A stretch of DNA of 63,970 nt, filler included, from Choristocarpus tenellus KU-1152 (GCA_964200185.2; 11 parts of 11 records of this genome joined end to end with filler, not necessarily neighbours in it); one strand, 5' to 3'; shown: positions 11,681-25,399, counted from the whole stretch's first letter. Translations and numbers: made by a program. Notes: generated by a model from the sequence alone, not told the origin.

Positions 11681-13639
11681 TAGTTATTTTCCCTTGCCTC
11701 ATTTTACATTGTTTTAGTACTCCATCATTGCAATATGTTCCATATATCTTCAAGGTCTTTTGGAGGTGCGCTTGTTGTCGTTGCCTTGAGGTACTTTGTC
11801 TTTCCTTTAAAGTGATCCCTCTGGCCCACTTCTAATATGGTCTCAAATTGGTTTGTATTGATTTCAAGCTTTCCATAGGTATAAATATTATATACAACAA
11901 AATAACATATCAAAAAAAGCTATGAGAGTTCCTATCCAGCATGGATTTTCCACATATTTGCACTGGAAGGAGTTCCAATCCAAATTGACCCATGTATCCA
12001 TCTCAAACTTCATTACTGCTTCTTGAAAACGCCTCATGCAATTGAAACATGGAAAGGCATACTGCCACACCCCACACAAAAAACAAGAAAATACATTTAT
12101 TCTCCATCTCAAAGCGGGATATGGCTAAATACCCACATGTATAAATATTTCTTAACAACTCCACTCCATTCCGCAAGATATTACTACCTATCACTACATG
12201 TGGAGCGGTGGATACCAGTACATCTTCAAGCAAGTCCCTTTCCTTTGGTCAAAAAATTGTCTCCATGAAAAGAAGTCTAGCGTCAAATGGGGTTTGATCT
12301 CACGAATTATGAGGCCACATTAGAGAAATAGTTCTGTTCTTCTACCATAGATTTCCATTAATAAACGTGGGGCTGAGAAGGGAATGAAAAAGTGAAGAGA
12401 TCGTGCAAACCGATGTCGTAGAAAAATAACATAACCATCACCACCCACATGAATCTCGTTTAGGTGTCCCTATATCCATGCGTCTAAACACATACATGTG
12501 AAAACTCCATAAAAAACACGTGCCTGTGCAAAAACAACCATACGCAGTAGGACCCAGCAGCGCCCAGATATATCTCATTTGGGGGTCTCTATGCCCACGC
12601 ATTTTAAATGCCTGCACAAGAAACTTTGGCAGCACTCCATTCAAACAAAAAAATCGCTCCTCCACACATTTGAAATGCATCTCTTCGCTCTGCCTTTCAG
12701 ACAGTGGTAACTATTGCTACATGTGGAGCACTCTATATCTGTAACATTGTCAGATATCTCTCCCCTTTCCTTTTACCCTAAGAAATGTCTCCATGAAAAA
12801 ACGTCTGGCGTCACAGGGGTTTGAATTATTAAATAATTGCTGGTATTTGTGAAATGATTATTTTCTACCACCACATACTTGCAGAAAAACGTGTGTCAGT
12901 GAAGGGATTGGAAACCTGAAAAGGTTGAGCAAAGCACTGTAATGCGATTTTCTCTTGTGCAAAGACAACCATATCCATCAGCAGGCAGGAATGGCGTGAC
13001 AAGGGGTTCCCTATGCCCACATATCTAAAGTATGCCCAAAAGACTCCAATAGTGCTCCATTCCTCTCTAAAATGCTGTTCCTTGACAGATCTTAAATCAA
13101 CTGCTTTGCCCTGCAATAGAATAGTGAAATAGTAAGATACCACTTGGAGTATGTAGTAGTATCTATCAATAGATGCAAAGTGGTCAATATCTGTCATTAT
13201 AGTCAGACCCATCCCCCTGTTCAATGCTACCTCCAGTCCAACATTTTTTGCTGAGCATCATTTATGGGATGGCTGGCCCAATATGATATTTGTTTCGCAC
13301 GTAACCTTAAGGCTAACTTCTCCCTGATTCTTAAATTCAACTCCCTACAATTCATAGTGGAAAACAAAAACCATTTGCCTTTGACCGATTTTTCCCTCAC
13401 AATCAAATTCACTTCCTTCACACCCATCCATCTGCCTATTACTTTCAAACAAACAAAAAGGAAAACTTTAGCGATTGAACATTCTTGCATATTTACTACT
13501 TCCCCCGTTCGGAATTAAGTGTAACATAAAATTATCAGCCCCAATGAAGAAGCGAGATTTTTTTTTCGCATGTTCATTTTTTACGGTTGTATAATGTAGA
13601 CAACAAAAGATTGCCTACTAAAATCTCAAGCAAAATGGG

Positions 13640-14290
13640 GCAGCCTCCACCTATCTACGATTCTCCCCCGAAACCCTCCAAAACTCTATTCCAGCATGGT
13701 ACTTGCTGCATCCAACAGGGCATTCGGGGGGGGCTTGCCTGCTTTCTCAGCCTTGAACTTGCTAAGATGGAAAATTTTGAAGACGTTACCACCCTTGGAT
13801 CCCAGCACTTAACCGTAGACTGTGAAAAGGCTCTGCTAGACACGCTTTAGTATCTTCCAGGGGTACACATCAAGCACCTCCATCAGGGCAGTCACGTTTA
13901 TAGATGTAGTGCAGTTTTTACATTTGGAATTGTTATACCTCTAGTGGGGTTCATAGTGTGGAATGATTTTAAATACTAAGGTTTCACCATAGCCCAGGCT
14001 ACCTCTTATCCACAGTTTAATACGTACATCTTATTTAGTGCCAACAATCCTAAACTACCTGGGGTTTTTGTAATGTTTATCTATTTCTCTATGTGGTCTC
14101 CACCAGCTCTTCTATGTTGGTCACCCCCATGTCTTCCTTCAGTTGCTTGATAGAATGAAAGAATCCCAGGTTTTTGACAGTGAGGTCGGGTGAGTTGACT
14201 GACTCGGTCTCTATCACAATGTATTTCCCTGCCCCTTTCTCAGTTGCCTCCATTCCCCCCCCCCTTGGTTTGTTATTTTATACTGTGTCT
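13640..14290 (-). pseudogene. Mariner (DD39D-like) transposase remnant, interrupted
   Basis: KQQDTV...VIETESVNSPDLTVKNLGFFHSIKQLKEDMGV, then ~200 bp unrelated sequence, then a segment homologous to 1880-2090. Confidence 0.8.
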
Positions 14291-14299
14291 TGCTGTTTG

Positions 14300-14399
14300 N
14301 NNNNNNNNNNNNNNNNNNNNNNNNNNNNNNNNNNNNNNNNNNNTTAATTAATTAANNNNNNNNNNNNNNNNNNNNNNNNNNNNNNNNNNNNNNNNNNNN
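14300..14399. other. Artificial contig linker
   Basis: Same 100-bp spacer. Confidence 0.98.
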
Positions 14400-14917
14400 C
14401 CAGATGGTATTTCCGAAGCGGAAAACCTGAAACGACTCGCTTCTGGTATTGACCATGGGCGTGAGACGTTGCTACCTGGTTCAACAGTTCTTACATGATC
14501 AGAGTCCATCCCGCGAGCATGCAGTTGCATGAGGTCCTGGAGCCATCTAGGAGGCACAGTGTTTGTCCTGGCGCACTCGTTAACGTGGTGCGCGATGTAC
14601 GATGGCACAGAGTCCCCGAACTGCGTCTCTGACGTTTCCACCTCACAAGTAGTAGAACTTGTGGGTGGAATTGGTTCTCCCTGCAAAAGGACCCTACGAG
14701 CCCGAGCTAACACGATGCTCTAGGGTCGACGACACGGGTCTGATATTTGCCTGTCGATCTTCGAAAGGGGACCCTCTAAAATACTTTGGCTCTCAGTGAA
14801 CCGGTTCATTTTGTACCTTTTCAAGTTGTAACCATCAAAGTTGTACCGCTCATGTTCCTCCGCATTTTTACTATCATTTGATTGGGAAATAACTACCGTT
14901 GACGATGGTTTGTACAT
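14400..14917 (-). CDS. Possible exon or decayed ORF of an unknown protein, truncated by the contig end
   Basis: Two in-frame ORFs (14720-14917 and 14400-14713) separated by one stop; no recognisable motif. Confidence 0.25.
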
Positions 14918-15218
14918 TCATACATAGACTCTTTCAAAGTCACTTGTTATAAGCTTTCATTTGGTGTATATATTGTTGTATCATGTTTCTGGAATAACAG
15001 TGAAAAAAAGCAAGACTGCTCCCAGAGTACTTACTAATCGGTTCCACTGCATATTGATTATTCTCTTTTCTCCAGTTGGCTTTACCCCCACTTATACGTC
15101 GAGTTTGCTTGGTATTAAATGTACCAGATACACTACTGGATACTATATATTCAGAGTTAAAACATCCACAGAGACTCTTCTTCAGAAGGTGCCAAGCCTC
15201 TACTCAGGACATGTATCA

Positions 15219-15477
15219 GAGTCAAATTACCTCAGAGGGTAGAGTCGCGTCCATTTGGGACCAAAATCCAATTTTGCGATTTTGATGTAATTTTGGCTAT
15301 CGTGTATGTTAGGAAGTGCCAATATCCTTGTTCCAGACACACCTTTTTACAGCGTATACATTTTACCTACCCCGAACCATTTTGGAGTAGGAAAATGTCT
15401 TTGAAAAAATCCATGGGAAGCCAAGCTCCAAATGGACTAACGGGGCAAAACTCGTACCATCTAAGATACTCTCATTC
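15219..15477 (-). mobile_element. MITE family B, degenerate copy
   Basis: GAGTCAAATTACCTCAGAGGGTAGAGTCGCGTCCATTTGGGACC...CATCTAAGATACTCTCATTC. Confidence 0.8.
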
Positions 15478-18400
15478 TCTCGTCCATATTGAGCATCTCA
15501 AAGAATATGCACTGCTCAAGTCTCCACTCAGAGTATGTATCTCTTTCTTTGAGCGTCTCAAGAATACACAACTTTACAGCAAAGAACCTCTGACTATGAA
15601 CAGCATGTCACTAGGTCTATCAGAACAAAATCACCAGTGTTTCACTGCACCATGACACCCCTTCCCTACCAACCTGTCACTGCACTAGAGATCACGATCC
15701 ATTCAAATCCAGGTTTCAACACACGTATCTCCCCCAAAAAAATCGTACTGGTTACATGAGCTGGATCAACAGACTGGTGGTTGACCATAGCAATGGCGCC
15801 TACACGTTTTTGAAAATAGTGAACAATTTTCCAAAAATCAATACCGGAGGGCAACCCTGCTCTTCCAAGTCCCAAAAACGCATTGGGGGTAGATCTTTGT
15901 GTTATGGGTATTTTATAACAAGGCAGCTTGAATTTTGTGGAATGAATGAGGTAAAAGTTTTGATTTCTGGTTGTTGAGTACTCATATTCATACTTATCGT
16001 CTGCATGCCGACCACCACTAAGCCCTGGTCACAAGGGATCCCACCAATAGCCTTATCCACTATTTTCTTGGCATACACGAGTTGTTGATCCATGCACGTT
16101 TGGATGTCGAACATCTCCGTCGCACTACCTTCTCCAGGCTCCTCTTGATCTTCTGACGGCACACTAAATCGGTTCAAGCCTAGGTTACTGACTGTTGAAA
16201 CCTAAATCGAATGCATCGTACATGTAAACAAAATGCGTAGACTACAAGCGATGATGAATCATTGTGTTGCAAAGCACCGACGAGTAATATGCGTAGTCTA
16301 TGTTATGGATAGATGTAATCGTGCTGCAAAGCACTGATATATTTATTTTGTTGTAATCGAGGTCATTGATGTCTCAATCCAGAATGATGTGATGTGAATT
16401 CAGTGTTCATGAGATACTCAACGAAAGAAGTCCATGCTCTGTGGAGAGGCTTGTTACCTTGCTGGCAAGGAAGGGTTTCCGCGGATGGTTTTAACTCTGA
16501 TTATATTACATCCAGATGTGTAGCTGGTACACGCATTGTAGAGGGAGTTTGGTGCAGTGCGAGATATCAGTGGCACTCACGAAAAAAATAATACTCAACA
16601 ATCAACGTACAACTGTCATCTTCTGGTCATAAGAGGAAAGAGTGAAAGAAAAACAAGCAAGAGAAAAAGAGAACAAACTTGAACCAATAGGTGATACAAC
16701 ACAAATGACATATACTGTACTATACTATTCCTGCGTGTGGAACGCAGAGCGACTGTTCTGTACTAAGGTGTTTTGATTGTATGGTGATGATGAACTAGTG
16801 ACAGTAAATGTCCAGAATGTAACAGACCAATCAACAGTCAGTGTTGACTGGTGGAACTGTATCGTATCGAGGAACAAACAGATGAGTAGCCTATGCCTTA
16901 ACACCCTGATCTTTGAGAGTGTTTTGTTTGCCACCCATCGCATACCTGTGAGGCTAAACCCCTTTTGCTTGGTCCCCAGCCTGCCTGGATCCCTGGTTGC
17001 CCTCTGGGGGCTCGTCTGCCTGTATGAGGCGGTAATTTTCGTTGTTGGAGGCGTTTCACCAGCAATTTGTATCTCGGTTTATCTGGGGATTTTCGGCGGG
17101 AGGGTCGGTGGAGGAACCCTGTAAGAGGACCCATAAAATGTCGACCACATCGAGGCCCACCCGGCATTCAAATGGTGGTGGGTACTCCAATAAGCAACTG
17201 GCTGCCCTCGTGAAGGTGAGGCTGTCCTGTTCCTATGATAATCAATCCATCTATTTCCTAGAGCGGGTCACATTTCGAACTCTCCTGTAATACATCCCCA
17301 ATCTTATCAGGCGTTCCCAGACCCTGGTGGGCACTCAGTTACCGAGGACAGACGGGCCAAACGGTTTCAATAAAATCAGCAGTTATTGGGTCTGATGCAC
17401 CTGTGGATGATTAATCGGTTGATTTCCCTATCAAGAGTTATTGTCCCTACATTTCGAACATGGTACTATTGTCCTCGCTAGATCATCATGTTATCCGCCC
17501 TACTCTCTATAACCGCTCCCCTCAATTACTTTGTTCCATAGGATTCCCGCGCAGTACCGTGGTGCTTGTCTTGCCGGAAGTACAGATGCGGAACTCATTG
17601 ATCTTGTGAAGCGGATGAACGGCGATTTCGAGAAGATCCAAAATGCTCTGGAGGATTGGTGGCTCCGTGAGTAGTAGAGACCGGGGTTGTGGGCAGTGTG
17701 GAATCATTGCGATGCTTCTGCTATTATCAACCTTCGGTTCAATCCCCACACTGATAGTTGATCCGCGACGGTCACCTGGCCTACCCCCAAATTAGGTAGG
17801 GTATAGTTGAAATACGTTGAGTGTTGACCCAACATTGCCTCTGAAGTGCAGGGCTACGCCATATGTAGACCATGCATCAGGTCGCATTACAATTCGATTA
17901 ATGTTTCAGTGCAAACCACTGGAATTCGACGATATGGTGTTCCAAAAAATGTCCACACCCCACTCCCCCGTGTTATTTTTTTCTGGTGAAATGGACGAGA
18001 GTATCAAGGCAATGATTATAATCCTCTGTGCCTTCCATGTTCTAATTCTGTGGGTGCCAGCCTTGTACTCCTGTCATTCCTAATACCTTACGCCTTTTGG
18101 AAAGCAATTTGTGAAAGCAATGTAGTAGTTGAGAAAGAGCAGCAGGTGGGTTATTTACTGGAGCTGCCCAACAATGTTGAAAATCTCAAACGGTATCGAA
18201 TATTGTTGCTGCATTACCTCCTTGCAACATGAACACAATTGATTGCACCATGTGTAGAATTACCCGTTCAGAAGGTTGGGTATTCCAGGAGACGGATAGT
18301 TGACTATGTTGGGTTATTTGGAGGGGGTGAACACTCCTAAATGCCTCACTTTGTTGGAAACCCCTTCTCTTCTTCCCTGTTTCGACTGTGTCAAATGATA

Positions 18401-19928
18401 TATGATATTTTCCTTCGTACTCTTACTCTTCTCTTTTTCATAATGATCGTGGTCATGCAGATGATCAGGGAGAGTGGGTCACCTCTACAAAGAAGAAAAG
18501 GGCTGGAAGGGCTGGGATGGGTAGTGGTGGAGGCGGCTACTCCAATGGCCGGGGCCATGACGATCAAAGGGACGGACGTGGCAGCCTTGGAGACAAGATG
18601 CAAGGGGTAAGGGGAAGAAATGGGATAGATGCAGGTGGCCACCTGCTGCCTCGATTGCAATGCAGGGAGTGGGGAGGTGTGTGTGTATGGAGAGGGAGGT
18701 GGAGCACTCACCTCAAGTAAGCGGACAAAACATGCTTCCAGTGTTTTGAACTCATATGCCTTCACCTTTGTTTTCAACCTCAAAGAGCTAAATTGCAAAT
18801 GGGAGCACTTTCACAGACTACCAGGTTGCAGTGTAGGGTTTGGGATTCAGAAATTGTATTGCTATCCTCCCCAAACACACCCACAATGGCTACTCTGGTG
18901 TACTTGCAAGTTTTTTCTTCTTTCGCATTGACAGTGTGGCTGGTTGTTCCACCATGTACTCCAGTTGGTTGCTTGCTGGCATGAGTCTATTATTTTTTTT
19001 TCCTTTGTCTCATCACAGTCCATCGCAAGACCTTAGGTGGAGGGCTGCTATCTTGACACAATATTCAACTTCCTTTGTGAGCAGTTCTCTGTAGGGTTGC
19101 ATGTTCCGAGTCAGCACTGCATACTCACTTTTGCGGCCACCAAGATCATCAATACTTACATCAGCGGAGTAAGAGTTTCAAAAAAAGAAAATGAGGGTGT
19201 TTAGTCCCGCCCCCCCTCCTGCTTTAGTGTCTTTTTTGTTGTTGTGGAGTATTGTATTTGTATTTCTGTAATGATATATTTATGGAAGATCTGCTCACAG
19301 AATAGCCCCTTCTGTTGTTATAATTTGAAGGAATAAAATGATACACTTTTTTTTGAGGGGCTTCTGATTCCGCAACTTTCATAGTTATAAATGCTATTGG
19401 TAACCTCTAGAGATGAGAATTGATTGGGTCAAGAGATGATAGAGTTCCTACTCCTGGTTCTATTGCCCAACCATAAGTGGAGCTGTTACACAGCTCTCTG
19501 CATACATGGCATGATATTTGAGTTTATGAATTGGTTGAATTTGCATCCTTAGACTTGCGTCAGTTGAGCACTGACTCTCAAGTCAATGGGATTCTGTGCA
19601 AGGGCTGAATGTTTTTTGTGACAAAGTCATGGTATGCTTGTCTTGTAAAGATGATCCATAGCGCCAACCAAGTAAGGGATGAGAATTTTCGCCTGCCACA
19701 ATATTACATTCCCAGGTATGTTGTCGTGTGTGTATGTGGGAGAATGGTAGTGCATCTTCGATCTTCAAACAATTAGCTCCTCAATTTTGGCAAATATATG
19801 GGTGGTGTTTTTATTGAACGTGGCTGATTGGAATGAGCACTGAGTCACAGCTCTATGTCTCAGTATCACGAAACCTGTATCATCTTGTCCCTACAGGTTC
19901 GAATTGAGGACAGAGACAGGCGATCTTA

Positions 19929-20120
19929 TCATGATGGTGGCGGGAACCGTGGAGGTGGAGGAGGGCGTGGTTGAGGTCGCAGTGCTCCGCCTGCAGGTGG
20001 CCGTGGGGGTGGTGGAGGGCGAGGAAGTGGTGGTGCTTCATCTGGCGGTTGGGGCGGGTCAAGAGATTCTTCAGGTGGCGGTGGTGGAGGAGCTTGGGGT
20101 AACAGCAGGTCCACCTCTAT
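19929..20120 (-). CDS. Possible proline-rich terminal exon
   Basis: DLLLPQAPPPPPPEESLDPPQPPDEAPPLPRPPPPPRPP..., GC-rich island ending in a stop. Confidence 0.35.
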   Translation of the reverse strand: MEVDLLLPQAPPPPPPEESLDPPQPPDEAPPLPRPPPPPRPPAGGALRPQPRPPPPPRFPPPS

Positions 20121-20235
20121 TCCTCCTCAGGTTCGTTGCAATCTCACATATCTTCTTGGTTGATGCTGGTCATAGCTGGTAAAATTGTGCAAAGTAGTTG
20201 GTGTCTAGGGGCATATCGTATATATTTTGCTTCCT

Positions 20236-20405
20236 GGCTCAAAGTATCTGGGGGGGTAACGGCTGTCCATTTAGGACCCATTTTTCCATGTCGTGATTTT
20301 TGGGTGATTTGATTGCATGCGTTGGATGGGTGAAGTAAGTGCACTTTTCCTGGTTGGATACCCTGGTGTAGACCCCCCCCCCCCCCCCACCCCCCCCCCC
20401 CCCCC
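20236..20405 (-). mobile_element. MITE family A
   Basis: GGCTCAAAGTATCTGGGGGGG...AAGTGCACTTTTCC...CCCTGGTGTAGAC-polyC near the contig end. Confidence 0.85.
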
Positions 20406-20437
20406 ACATGTTGTCCCCTCGTGGCCCCCCCCCCCCC

Positions 20438-20537
20438 NNNNNNNNNNNNNNNNNNNNNNNNNNNNNNNNNNNNNNNNNNNNTTAATTAATTAANNNNNNN
20501 NNNNNNNNNNNNNNNNNNNNNNNNNNNNNNNNNNNNN
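20438..20537. other. Artificial contig linker
   Basis: Same 100-bp spacer. Confidence 0.98.
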
Positions 20538-20749
20538 AATGATCTACCAGCTCCTTTGAAGTTCAAGCTCACTACGATGGACCCCACCACTACAGGGGTA
20601 CATTGATGTTGTTATTGCAAGTAATCAAATTATCATGTAGGTACAGCCCATGTATTTGGCTCGCCTCCTGTGACTGTTACCTGCCATCAGCTGACGTCGC
20701 ATCCTCACTCCACTCCTCTTCTATCGTAGCCAGCATTGTGTTAGAACCT

Positions 20750-21513
20750 GGGGGTTGAACGGATCATACTCTTGTATGGTGGTATGTAGCGACCTTCCAG
20801 GATCCCCTACTGTGAAGCCCAAGGGTCATATCCCCCAAACCATGATCATTGCAGCCAACACCCACCCATATTTGGCTGACAGCTTTGATGGAGAGCTTCG
20901 TGTTTCGCTTGTGTGTGCGCCAAAAGCGGCAGACAGGACTAGCATGGATTGTAATAAGGGAGAGGTGTATGAGCAGTACGGTACTTTAGACCATTTTTGG
21001 TGCAGGTAGTGGTAATCGGAGTTGTTGTTGCGTGCAATCAAGGCCAAGATACCTTGGTTGCAGGGGGAGCTTGTTGTCATTCGACAAGGCGGTGCCACCC
21101 CACAAAGGGGCAAGGGCAACTCAGAAATATTGTCATGGGCAGGGAATGCCGAGGGGTGGTCAATTAGGATAGTGACGCAATCATCTAACTCCCCAGACCT
21201 CAATATCATGGACCTGTGGTTTTTTAGGTCTTTGAAATGCTGGGTGATGGGGGAGCGGTTTGGGTCTGTCAAGGAGAGTCATGATGGTCATTAAGAAACA
21301 AATGAGAGGAGTATGGTGAAACCACACTTGAGAGGGCTTGGCAGCTCCTTTTCTTGGTGTACAATAAAGTACTTAGATACAAAGGTGGGAATGACTTCAG
21401 TCTGGAGCACAGGGGTAAGGAAGAGGAAGATGTCTGGTGAACTTGAAAACATTCCGAAGGTAGACATGGAGGCTTTTTCTGTGTCTGATAAAATTGTGAT
21501 GGATGGAGAGTAA
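20750..21513 (+). pseudogene. Mariner DD39D-like transposase remnant (second subfamily)
   Basis: IIAANTHP..FDGEL..; RQGGATPQ(=QQDGAxPH)..AEGWSIRIVTQSSNSPDLNIMDLWFFRSLK; stops, frameshifts and a mutated catalytic Asp. Confidence 0.85.
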
Positions 21514-21612
21514 TAATAATATAAGGAGTCGACCCTAACCAGAAATTCGTCAAGGATTCCAAATTTTCTTTCCGAAAAGAAATCCATCAACATCTTCAAA
21601 AGGTTTGGACAG

Positions 21613-21646
21613 GTATGTATGTATGTATGTATGTATGTATGCATGT
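21613..21646 (+). repeat. (GTAT)n microsatellite
   Basis: Direct tetranucleotide repeat. Confidence 0.9.
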
Positions 21647-23050
21647 AAACTTTGGTTATTCTTTAGTTTTGAATATTGACTTGAGACTGGTAGAGATAGG
21701 GCTTGATGGCTGAGTATTCGAGGAAAATATTAATAAACGGCAAGTCATTCAGCTCAACGCAATAAATCCTACATACCAAGTTTGTACAGGCACTATGAGA
21801 CTGTCATATAGAACTGTCTCCTGTAACCTTCCCCCAACGTGAGGCACTCATAGCTGCTTCCACACTATCAATATGCCGCTGGATAGGGAAAGAAAATATG
21901 ATTCCTTATCATAGTTGAACGTAGCTGTGTGAAATAAATATCATTGCTCGGTTCCAATGTAACCAAATGAGCCATAAGAGGATCCAGCAGCAACAAACCA
22001 GGTCCCAATATCTCCCTTCCAATATCATCCGAAGTTTTAGATACGATGTCAGTATGACACGCACAACCTTGCAGTACACGACCTGCATTTGACATAATAT
22101 TTTGTGAAATATTCACACACAGCTATTCTCTTGATAAACTCATTACAAATAGACTTGTTTTCTCTGTATAAGAACAAAACATGAACAGAAAATAACAGTG
22201 TTACATGAAGCTATCACAAATACAAACACTAACGTAATCTCATTGTTGCCTAGGACAAGATCCCGTCATAGACTCTCCATCTATCGTAACCAAACCCGGT
22301 AGCATACTCTCCATTGTCCTTCCAACTCAGATACTCTCCGTACAATACGACCAGCCACCATCCCATTGATCCTTCCACAATAACTAAAGTCTCAGTAGGG
22401 CCTCCACCTCCATGTTACAGAACCTGAGTTGACTTACCGAGCTTGGAATGATGTGAGCTCAATGCCCAAGAACGGCACCTGGATGATGATCACTTGTTGA
22501 CGTTTGAACCAACTATCGTTATTTAGTTTTTGACTCATAATATTGAGAGGGGGAAGACGTGGGGCTTGGCGACTGAGAATTTGAGCAAAGCAAAAATCAG
22601 GAGTAATAATAAACAGTCAATCAATTCAATGCATAGATCTTACGCATGAAACTCATACAGGAGGGTTCAAACCGCCATATATAACTGTCCCCTGTTACAA
22701 ATGTGCATGCACCAGAGAGTTTGGAACTACACCCACTGTTCAAAGCGCTGATATTTGACACGACCTAATAATACTGCACTATATTCTACTATATCATATT
22801 GTTTCCATACAAACGGTTGCAACAATATGTATCTACAGCTGTTTTCAGAACATAGTTCCAATAATACAATCGTTCTCTCAGGAGTGTGTTTGTTGTACTA
22901 CAAACAACTGAGTACACCACTACGAGACTTAGAGAGTTGAGAATCTTCCAAATATTGCTTTGTATATGACTATCTTGTCTGCACAAAGATGATGTGTCGA
23001 GCAAAAACATGAATGGGATTCTGTCACAACTATATTTATAGTTTGTAGCA

Positions 23051-23320
23051 GAGTCAAAGTATCCTAGAGGGTAGAGCCGCGTCCATCTGGGGACCGAAAT
23101 CCAATATTGTGATTTTGATGTAATTTTGACCATCGTGTTTGTTAGGAAAGTGTCAATATCCTTGTTTCGGACACACCTTTTCATAACATATACATATATA
23201 CATTTTACCTACTCCGAAATATTTCGGATTAAGAAAATGTCATAAAAACCCCGAGAGAAGCCAAGCCCCAAATAATGGACAAACATGGCAAAACTCATAT
23301 CCTCTAAGATACTTTCACTC
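23051..23320 (-). mobile_element. MITE family B, full length
   Basis: TIRs GAGTCAAAGTATCCTAGAGG / CCTCTAAGATACTTTCACTC, flanked by AGCA on both sides. Confidence 0.9.
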
Positions 23321-23876
23321 AGCAGGATAGCCTTTGAAAGCTTGAGTCTACCATGTGGAACCTGCAAGAAATGTCCCACCAATAATGTTGATGTATTCGT
23401 GACCCTCACATACAGTTCGTGATCAAATTACGAGATGGACTGGCTAACCACCAATTGATCAGATTTAGCAATAATTGTTGGATCGCAGGTAGAAAGTAAG
23501 AGAGGAGCATCTACCGATAGTTTGCTGAGTGTAACTTCGCATCTCTTGGTGGGTGTAGCTTTTGTATTGAAAGGTCAAAAGCGTTTTCTGTCTGTTTCAC
23601 GCCTCCATTTCCACAATACGATATCCAGATTACATCAAGAGGAATATTTATTGGCAGCTACGCACAAAATGGGAGTTAGCTTTAAAGGTCTTTGTGCAAT
23701 ATAGGCTGATAGTCTATATGGTTTATACGCGTTTAGTGAACACCACTAGACAACAGGAATGTTGGCTAAGTGGAACAAGTGTCATTGACATCGTGTGCGT
23801 AAAGTAATTAGGTCGAATCTCAGATGATTGATTTCTTATTGCTTGATATAAATGGACTGATGGAGGAGTTCTGACA

Positions 23877-23976
23877 NNNNNNNNNNNNNNNNNNNNNNNN
23901 NNNNNNNNNNNNNNNNNNNNTTAATTAATTAANNNNNNNNNNNNNNNNNNNNNNNNNNNNNNNNNNNNNNNNNNNN
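23877..23976. other. Artificial contig linker
   Basis: Same 100-bp spacer. Confidence 0.98.
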
Positions 23977-24804
23977 CTTCTCGACTTGGGGGGGGTACAG
24001 GCATGCCGACAGTGTACCTCCTGCACACTGGCACCTGGCACCGTTGGAGACAGCCTCCTCTCTCTCCAGAGATCTCCTCGCGAAGAGTTTGAACTATACA
24101 GGAGGAATACGGCGTGGTGGTCTGAAGGGCTATGCGGAGGCCCCACATCGGTCCAGTCATGGTGTAGTGATATATAGTGAAGAACTTTGCGCTTAGGAAG
24201 AGTCGAATCGGTCATTTTCATGGATTATTTCAAAAAAATTATTGTGGCACTACGTTATTTATTTGTAGGGTGGACTATTTATTCACATAACTTACTACCC
24301 CCAATATATCTTTTTCTTTTCCAGTTCTTCAATAAATCAGAAAGAAACGGAAAATCACTTCAATATTTTAAGAGAATGGTTCTAAGATATGTAATTTTTT
24401 GATAGAGATGGGAGACAAATGTGATATGATTTACCAAATTCAACGCACAAACCAACAGTCAACACAAGCGAATTGCGTCCTTGCTATATAATGTAAGAAT
24501 GTAACACAACTACTATAATCCAACTGATATTGTTGGACATTATCTTTGATGATGTTGTGATCGAGGAAACAGAACAAACATATGAAGATGCAAGTAAGGG
24601 AACAAGGGTGTTTGTCATGTTGAAATGACTTTTTCCCTAGAGATGTCGAATTTATGACAACTCTTACTTTTTTAGAGATTTTTCTGACAAGTGAATAGTG
24701 TTCATTGGTTTTTCCCCTCGTAAGTCTTCGAAATGTGAGAGGGCATAATAATAAAATATTAATAAGTCAAAATAGCAGTACAAATACCACCTCTAATATT
24801 TTAT

Positions 24805-24945
24805 ATTATTATGCCCTCTGACATTTTGCAGATGTGTATCTCTAATATCATATTTTTTTGGCATTTTGATTTGTCTCCATACATTGGACTAGTAATTTTA
24901 TATATAGAGTGACACATCTACAAAATGTCAGAGGGCATAATAATA
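24805..24945. repeat. ~40-bp inverted repeat (family C motif)
   Basis: TATTATTATGCCCTCTGACATTTTGCAGATGTG pairs with CACATCTACAAAATGTCAGAGGGCATAATAATA; same motif near 7386, 8097 and 24731. Confidence 0.8.
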
Positions 24946-25399
24946 AAAAATAGAGTACTGTTTGGAGGGTACAATAATAAATAATATGATAAAGTAATAT
25001 TTTATTATTACTTTTGGAAGTAGAAGTATTCAATATTAATATCAAAGTCTAACCAATGATAAAAATATCATTTTTTAGTATATGTTCAATAGTCACCTCG
25101 AATTGTAACTCATTGTATGTATCACATTTACTTCTGATTTAATTTGGCGAGAGGTTTGACTTGAGCATGAAATCGGTGTAACACTTGACCCTCACCATGA
25201 AAATCGGGGTGGTTTTTGCAAGTCCTCATGATAGATCTGGATTTCTCTATGTTAGATAAGGACAGTACACATCGTGGTTGATGATATCAGGAAAAGACCA
25301 ACAAGTTGAATTTTTTCACCTGACCAAAACCCAATCTCGTTTTATCCACGCTTGAAGTAAGGATTTTCAGCATGGAGAACAATATAACCAAGAGGCTGA

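Noticed and set aside
16193-16600. TGTTG...CAACA candidate solo LTR
   Set aside because: Flanks CTGAC and ATCAA do not form a TSD and there is no second copy in the window
21868-22490. Two exon-like minus-strand segments with splice signals
   Set aside because: Reading frame ambiguous and product unrecognisable
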